Below, piece by piece: positions 59,015-64,000 of a stretch of 64,000 nt of DNA; the first letter of the stretch is position 1, and every line of letters begins with the position of its first letter. Below the pieces are notes generated by a model. The model was not told the origin of the DNA and did no database searches. It saw nothing but the letters and a program-made list of their open reading frames with translations. Source of the stretch: Chloroflexota bacterium (GTDB lineage: Bacteria > Chloroflexota > UBA11872); NCBI GenBank assembly GCA_026707585.1, contig JAPOWQ010000025.1, positions 120,398 through 184,397 on the forward strand, in the 5' to 3' direction. Made by a program: the position numbers and the translations under genes.

Positions 59015-61281
59015 CTCCGCGCCGCCTCTGGCAGAGTCAGGATGAAGTTGATGATGTGCCAGGTATCCAGCTCGCCGTAGCGATCGCCGAATGCCGGCAT
59101 CCCCGTGCCCTCGATCCCGTTGAACACAAATCCGAACAGCGCGTCGTCCGGGTGCAGCGGCACGTGGATCACCAGGTCCAGCGGCGGAGGATCCAGCGTG
59201 GCCGCCAGCGGACCGTCTCCGCGACCCGCCGGGCCGTGACAGCTCACGCACTCGGCCTCATAGATCTCGCGACCTGCGCTCACTGACGCGTCGTCCGGCG
59301 GAATCGGGTTCACCGCCGAGGGCACGACGCCCTGCTGCGGCCCGATGATCAGCAGTCCCGCCCCCAGCAGAATCGCCGCAAACCCGGTCCCGGTCCCGGC
59401 CTGGCGCACGCGCGCCGCCCATCCCTGGCGCGCCAGCGTCGCCAGCGTCAGCACGAATCCCATCCCCGCCAGCGCCAGCCCCCAGAACCGCGTCGCCACC
59501 GTCGCGTCCACCTCCGCCACGCCAATCGCCGTGGGCGACCCGATGTTCAGCCGCACCGGCACCCTGGCATCGAACGCTCCCGGCTGCCGCACGATCGCCA
59601 GCACCTGCCACGCCCCCGCCAGTGCGAACGCATCGGTCTCCGCTTCGAACGTCCCCTCCTCGGTCCGCACCGGGCGCTCCACGGTCGTCCCCAGGTCCGT
59701 GTCGAGATACCTCAGCTGCAACTCGATATCCGCCTCCGCCGTCCGGCCGCCGCTCGACACCACGTCAACCTCCAGCGTGTTTAGTCCCGGCCGCCCCGGC
59801 GCCACCCGCACCCGCACCCTCGTATCGCCGCTTGCGCCCACACCTTCCACCGCCAGCGGCACGTCCCCGCTCACTTGCCGCGCCGGCTCCCGCTCCGTCA
59901 GAACGCCCACAACGCCGAGCACGGCAACCGCCATCACGATCTCGGCGGCCACCAGCGTCCGCAGCGCCTTCGCCGGCCGCGCTCCTGCCCCGCCGGCCCC
60001 CGCCAGCCGCGGACGCGTCCACCCCAGGTTTACCCCGCCCAGCGCCAGCAGCGGCGCCACCAATGCCAGCTTGACGACCAGCAGCAGCCCGTATTCCGTG
60101 CTCCACAACCGCGCCGGCTCCACCACCTGCAACCAGGCGCTATACACGCCCGTCACCACGATCAACCCAACGGCCACCGTGGCGATGGCGGAGAACCGCG
60201 CCGCCACTTCCGTCAAGTGGACCGCTGCTGATCCAGTTGGCCGCGCATTGCGCGCATCCAACGCCACCAGCAGCAACACCGGCAAACCACCCACCCAGGC
60301 CCCCACCGCCAGCAAGTGAATCAGGTCGGCCACCAGCGCTGGCCCAATATCCACCAGCGCCGCCGCGTGGCTGCCCAACGAAATCGTCACCGCCATCACA
60401 ATCCCCGACAGCGCCACGCCACCTAACGCAGCGGTCCCGCGCCGCTCGCCGGACGACGAACTCGCCTGATCGGCCGCGACTAGCGCCACCACCAAGGCCA
60501 CAGTGCGTGAGATCCACAACGCGCCCCACTGCCCCGCCCCGAACACCTCCCCAAACCCCGCCAGCAGCGAGTCCCCGCCCAGGATCAGGATCTGCGTCCC
60601 CAGCAACCCGATCTGACCTGCCAGCGCCAGCAACCCTCCGCCCAGCAACAGCAGCGCCGTCCGCCGCTCCACGACCCGACGCCGCTCCGGCTGTGCCCCG
60701 CGTCGCTGCACCAGCGCCTGCAACGGCCCGCCAATCAACACCGCCGTGCCCACAAACAGCAGCCAGCGCGAAGCCGCCGCGGCCGGGCTCGATTCGATCG
60801 AAGCCACCGCCACCGCCACGTCCGCCGCCACCGGCTCGCCCACTCCGAAGGCAAACGACCCGCGAATCACGTGCCCGTCCACCACCGACAGCGTCCGCCA
60901 CACCACCACGTACGTGCCGTCCGCCAGCTCCCCCACCGGCACCAGCATCGCCGTGGGAGTGGTGGGATCGGGTTCCGTCGGACCCGTGGTCACCGGCTGC
61001 CCGTTGGCGTCCAGCACCTCCAGGCTGCTGAAGCCCAGGTCAATGGCCTCGCTGAACTCCGCATACACCACCGGCGGCGCTGGATCCACCGCCGTACCTG
61101 GACTCGGCGACGAACGCACCAGGTTGGCGTGCGCGCCGGCCGGCGCGGCCACCAGCGCCAGCGCCGTCAGCGCGGCCAGCACCGCCAGGGCCAGCCGCTC
61201 GCGGCGGAGCCCAAGCCCCCGCCGCGGGCCGGATGCGCTACCCCGCGCCACGCCGACGGAACGCATACAACGCCAGGCCAA
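59011..61281 (-). CDS. CopC-CopD-YtkA-like-cytochrome c fusion
   Basis: AHANLVRSSP...DGH (CopC); GSHAA, HLLAVGAWVGGL, YG.LL..KL (CopD); CVSCHG...MPAF (cytochrome c). Confidence 0.88.
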   Translation of the reverse strand: MAWRCMRSVGVARGSASGPRRGLGLRRERLALAVLAALTALALVAAPAGAHANLVRSSPSPGTAVDPAPPVVYAEFSEAIDLGFSSLEVLDANGQPVTTGPTEPDPTTPTAMLVPVGELADGTYVVVWRTLSVVDGHVIRGSFAFGVGEPVAADVAVAVASIESSPAAAASRWLLFVGTAVLIGGPLQALVQRRGAQPERRRVVERRTALLLLGGGLLALAGQIGLLGTQILILGGDSLLAGFGEVFGAGQWGALWISRTVALVVALVAADQASSSSGERRGTAALGGVALSGIVMAVTISLGSHAAALVDIGPALVADLIHLLAVGAWVGGLPVLLLVALDARNARPTGSAAVHLTEVAARFSAIATVAVGLIVVTGVYSAWLQVVEPARLWSTEYGLLLVVKLALVAPLLALGGVNLGWTRPRLAGAGGAGARPAKALRTLVAAEIVMAVAVLGVVGVLTEREPARQVSGDVPLAVEGVGASGDTRVRVRVAPGRPGLNTLEVDVVSSGGRTAEADIELQLRYLDTDLGTTVERPVRTEEGTFEAETDAFALAGAWQVLAIVRQPGAFDARVPVRLNIGSPTAIGVAEVDATVATRFWGLALAGMGFVLTLATLARQGWAARVRQAGTGTGFAAILLGAGLLIIGPQQGVVPSAVNPIPPDDASVSAGREIYEAECVSCHGPAGRGDGPLAATLDPPPLDLVIHVPLHPDDALFGFVFNGIEGTGMPAFGDRYGELDTWHIINFILTLPEAARS

Positions 61282-62665
61282 CGCCGGTCATCAGACCCAG
61301 TCCGCCAACCGCCAGCCCGATCACCGCAACCCTGAGCGCGGCCGCCGCATCGTCCGTTGCGTCCCGCGCCTGCTGCTGCGCGGCCGACGCCACCCCGGCA
61401 ATCTCGCGCGCGCTCGGCACCGGCCGCGGGAATTGCGCCTCCGTGGCCGACCGCACGTCATCGAATGTGCCGGGACCCGAGGTGAACGTCTCGTCGATCG
61501 GCAAGCCGTCAATCGTCCCCACAAATCGGAACCTGTACGGCCCTGGCACGGTCGGAATGAAGGGCGCAACGTAGCCACCGTCCTCGCCTGGGAGCGGCGA
61601 AAGAGCCATCTGTCGGGCGACACCTGAGGCCGACATATCCCCGGCCAGGTGCGTCACCTCCACCACCAGGCTGTTCGCCAGCCCCGTCACGCCGATCCGC
61701 TCCTGCCCGGCCTCGCCCACCTGCATGGCCACGGACGTATCGGGGTCCGGGATGTGGATCGTCGCTACCGCCTCGATCGTCTCGCCGTCGCGCGCGTACT
61801 CCTGGTGCATGTTCGTGTTCAACGTCACACGCACCTCGTTCATGCCCGGCGCCAGCTTCCCCAGGTGCAGGTACGGACTGTAGACCCGCCCCAGCCGCAC
61901 CCCGTTCACGTACACGTGCGGATGCCCGTCGCCCGCCACGTTCGGGGCATTGATTCTCTCTGGCGCTAGCCTGAATCCCTGCGGCATCACCATCAGGTTC
62001 GCGCCACCCACCGGGTCCGGCTCCAGGCTGATCGCGACGCTCATCCCCGCGGGCGCCTCGACCTGCCCAACCTCTTCCGGCGCGGGCGGCATCGCCGGAA
62101 CGCTGAGTGTCGTCGCCGCCTGCACCGTCTGCCCGCCTACCGCGTATTCGCTGTGACCATTCGCCTGCAGCGTCACGCGAATCTCACGGTCTCCGGGCGC
62201 AACACCCTTCAGGTGAAACCACTCGCCGTATGCCCGGCCCACCTTCTCGCCGTCCACGTATATGTGCGCGTGCCCCTCGCCGTCCACGTCCGCCTGGTTC
62301 ACTCGCTCCGGCGCGAACTCAAACCCCGTGGGGATGATGTGCACGTTGATCCCGTCAATCGGATCGACCTCCGCCGTCACCTCCACCGACATGTCCGAGG
62401 TCTCCACCGTCCCGCCGTGCTCGTGACCGCCCTCCGATGCCTGGCTCAACTCGCCGCCGCTCGCGCGCGTCACCGACAGGTACACCCCATTCGGCTGCCC
62501 CTCGTACGCCGGCTCCACCAGGAACCCGACGTCAAACGTGAACCCGTGCACCTCACGTCCCTCATGCGCCCACACCACGCCAACGGCCGCTGCCAGTGCC
62601 GCCCCGGATAGGGCCAGGGCCAGCAGGCTGCGCCTCAGGCGCGGCAGGCGATGCCAGAAGCTCAT
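61238..62665 (-). CDS. Secreted, membrane-anchored His-rich putative metal-binding protein with internal duplication
   Basis: Signal peptide then HE; two GxGHxHxYVxG repeats; C-terminal TM. Confidence 0.75.
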   Translation of the reverse strand: MSFWHRLPRLRRSLLALALSGAALAAAVGVVWAHEGREVHGFTFDVGFLVEPAYEGQPNGVYLSVTRASGGELSQASEGGHEHGGTVETSDMSVEVTAEVDPIDGINVHIIPTGFEFAPERVNQADVDGEGHAHIYVDGEKVGRAYGEWFHLKGVAPGDREIRVTLQANGHSEYAVGGQTVQAATTLSVPAMPPAPEEVGQVEAPAGMSVAISLEPDPVGGANLMVMPQGFRLAPERINAPNVAGDGHPHVYVNGVRLGRVYSPYLHLGKLAPGMNEVRVTLNTNMHQEYARDGETIEAVATIHIPDPDTSVAMQVGEAGQERIGVTGLANSLVVEVTHLAGDMSASGVARQMALSPLPGEDGGYVAPFIPTVPGPYRFRFVGTIDGLPIDETFTSGPGTFDDVRSATEAQFPRPVPSAREIAGVASAAQQQARDATDDAAAALRVAVIGLAVGGLGLMTGVGLALYAFRRRGAG

Positions 62666-62766
62666 TCATAAACCTCGCAGTTAAGGCGCATACCCATGGA
62701 ACTCATCTCGCCGCCACGGGTCTTGCCCAGATTGCCCGCGCACACGTATGCGCGGATGCAGGCCAT

Positions 62767-63126
62767 CTACCGCAAGGCCGGCCTGGGCGGCGGCAGCGGC
62801 GGCCCAATGGCTGTCAGGCGCATCCGCCGGATATCGAGACCAACGCGCTCGAACATGCAAACCACCAGCACCACCGCCAGCAACGCCGGCATCACCCCCA
62901 CCGGAAACGGCGACGACTGCTCCGGAAACTCGCCGGATGTCCCATCCGCCCCTTCCGCCTCCGCTGCCGGCATCGCCCACGGCAAGTGAATGTGGTCATG
63001 CCCCTCATGCCCACGCGGCGTAACCACCCCAAGCGCCGGCGCCGCACTCGTCACCAACGACGGCGCCAGCAAAGCCAGAGCGGCTAGCAGCAGGATGGCG
63101 GCAGGCACGACTCGCCGGATCTCCAT
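62767..63126 (-). CDS. Small membrane protein with His cluster
   Basis: Signal-like N-terminus, GHEGHDHIH, TM, C-terminal PPLPPPR. Confidence 0.5.
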   Translation of the reverse strand: MEIRRVVPAAILLLAALALLAPSLVTSAAPALGVVTPRGHEGHDHIHLPWAMPAAEAEGADGTSGEFPEQSSPFPVGVMPALLAVVLVVCMFERVGLDIRRMRLTAIGPPLPPPRPALR

Positions 63127-63268
63127 ACAGCCAGACTATCTGAACTGAACGCACAAGAGCTCTGCCTGCTACCCGAAGCCGCATCGCTGTGCTCAGGGCT
63201 CCAGACGGCTTCAGATTCGGGCAGAATCCCGCCAGTCCAACTCTCTTCACTCACGAAAGCCATTCCCC

Positions 63269-64000
63269 TTGCCCAACCCCACCTACGCCTTCGGCGACGA
63301 CGACACCGCCGCCGAACGCCTGCGCATGCTCGCCTACATCTTTGCGCCCGAGATCAAGAGCTTCCTCGGCCGCGTCCCGCCCGACCCCGGCCTGGTAATC
63401 GACCTCGGCTGCGGTCCCGGCTTCACCACCCGCTTCATCGCCGACACACTCAACGCCCGGAAAACCGTCGGTCTCGACACCTCGCAGCCATTCCTTGACC
63501 TTGCAAGCCGCCAGGAGGCAGATGGCGTTTCCTTCATAGAGCACGACGTCACCCGGACTCCCTTCCCAACCGGCGCCGCTGACGTGCTCTTCTGTCACCT
63601 GCTCCTGCCGCACCTCGCCAACCCTGCCGCCGTGCTGCGGACCTGGGCCTCCCAGCTTCGACCCGCCGGCCTTCTCCTCGTCGACGAGGTATCCGACATC
63701 CAAACCGTCAACCCAACCTTCCGCACCTACCTGGACGCCGCCGAACGTCTGCTCCACGGCGTCGGCGGCGACCTCTACGTCGGCCGCCGCGTCGAGCAAC
63801 TCGGCCGCGTCCCCGGCCTGCGCCGCATATCCAGCCGCCTCGTCAAACACCCCGTCGCCAGCGCCGCCTGCGCCCGCATGTTCCGCCTCAACCTCAACGC
63901 CTGGGGCCCCAACCCCCACGCCGGCCTCTCCCACCACGACCGCGCCAACCTCGCCACCCAACTCGACCACCTCACCACCTCCACCGCCACCACCGACATC
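63269..64000 (+). CDS. Class I SAM-dependent methyltransferase; runs off the window end
   Basis: TTG start: MPNPTYAFGDDDTAAERLRML...VIDLGCGPG...GLDTS...LRPAG. Confidence 0.85.
   Translation, partial: MPNPTYAFGDDDTAAERLRMLAYIFAPEIKSFLGRVPPDPGLVIDLGCGPGFTTRFIADTLNARKTVGLDTSQPFLDLASRQEADGVSFIEHDVTRTPFPTGAADVLFCHLLLPHLANPAAVLRTWASQLRPAGLLLVDEVSDIQTVNPTFRTYLDAAERLLHGVGGDLYVGRRVEQLGRVPGLRRISSRLVKHPVASAACARMFRLNLNAWGPNPHAGLSHHDRANLATQLDHLTTSTATTDI

Noticed and set aside
63152-63226. Interrupted hairpin TCTGCCTG..GAAGCCG / CGGCTTC..CGGGCAGA upstream of the metal cluster as a metal riboswitch
   Set aside because: Lacks yybP-ykoY or NiCo conserved nucleotides; a single hairpin in GC-rich DNA is weak evidence.

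Overview
High-GC bacterial chromosomal window, most likely Chloroflexota (inferred from the YFxETGH-type repeats in the SpoIID protein and the CopC-CopD-cytochrome c fusion). Most of it is housekeeping: rarA, two MoxR loci, HtrA, nadC, ogt, tRNA-Gly(CCC), infC, aspS, uvrC, gnd, yebC-ruvCAB-acyP-acpS-nnr, cmk-plsC-der-plsY-recX and thyX. Accessory patches are a duplicated vapBC locus, a decaying toxin-antitoxin/type I R-M island (21.0-23.1 kb), an IS481-family element nested in a palindromic MITE-like repeat (54.2-55.6 kb) and a copper/metal-handling cluster (56.8-63.1 kb). The best candidate for an undescribed system lies at 49.0-50.55 kb. Three mosaic small coiled-coil/membrane-anchor genes there are followed by a convergent, apparently structured minus-strand RNA with a pseudoknot, whose 3' segment is complementary to the leader of one of the genes. 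All calls come from reading the sequence by eye; no database searches or folding programs were run.
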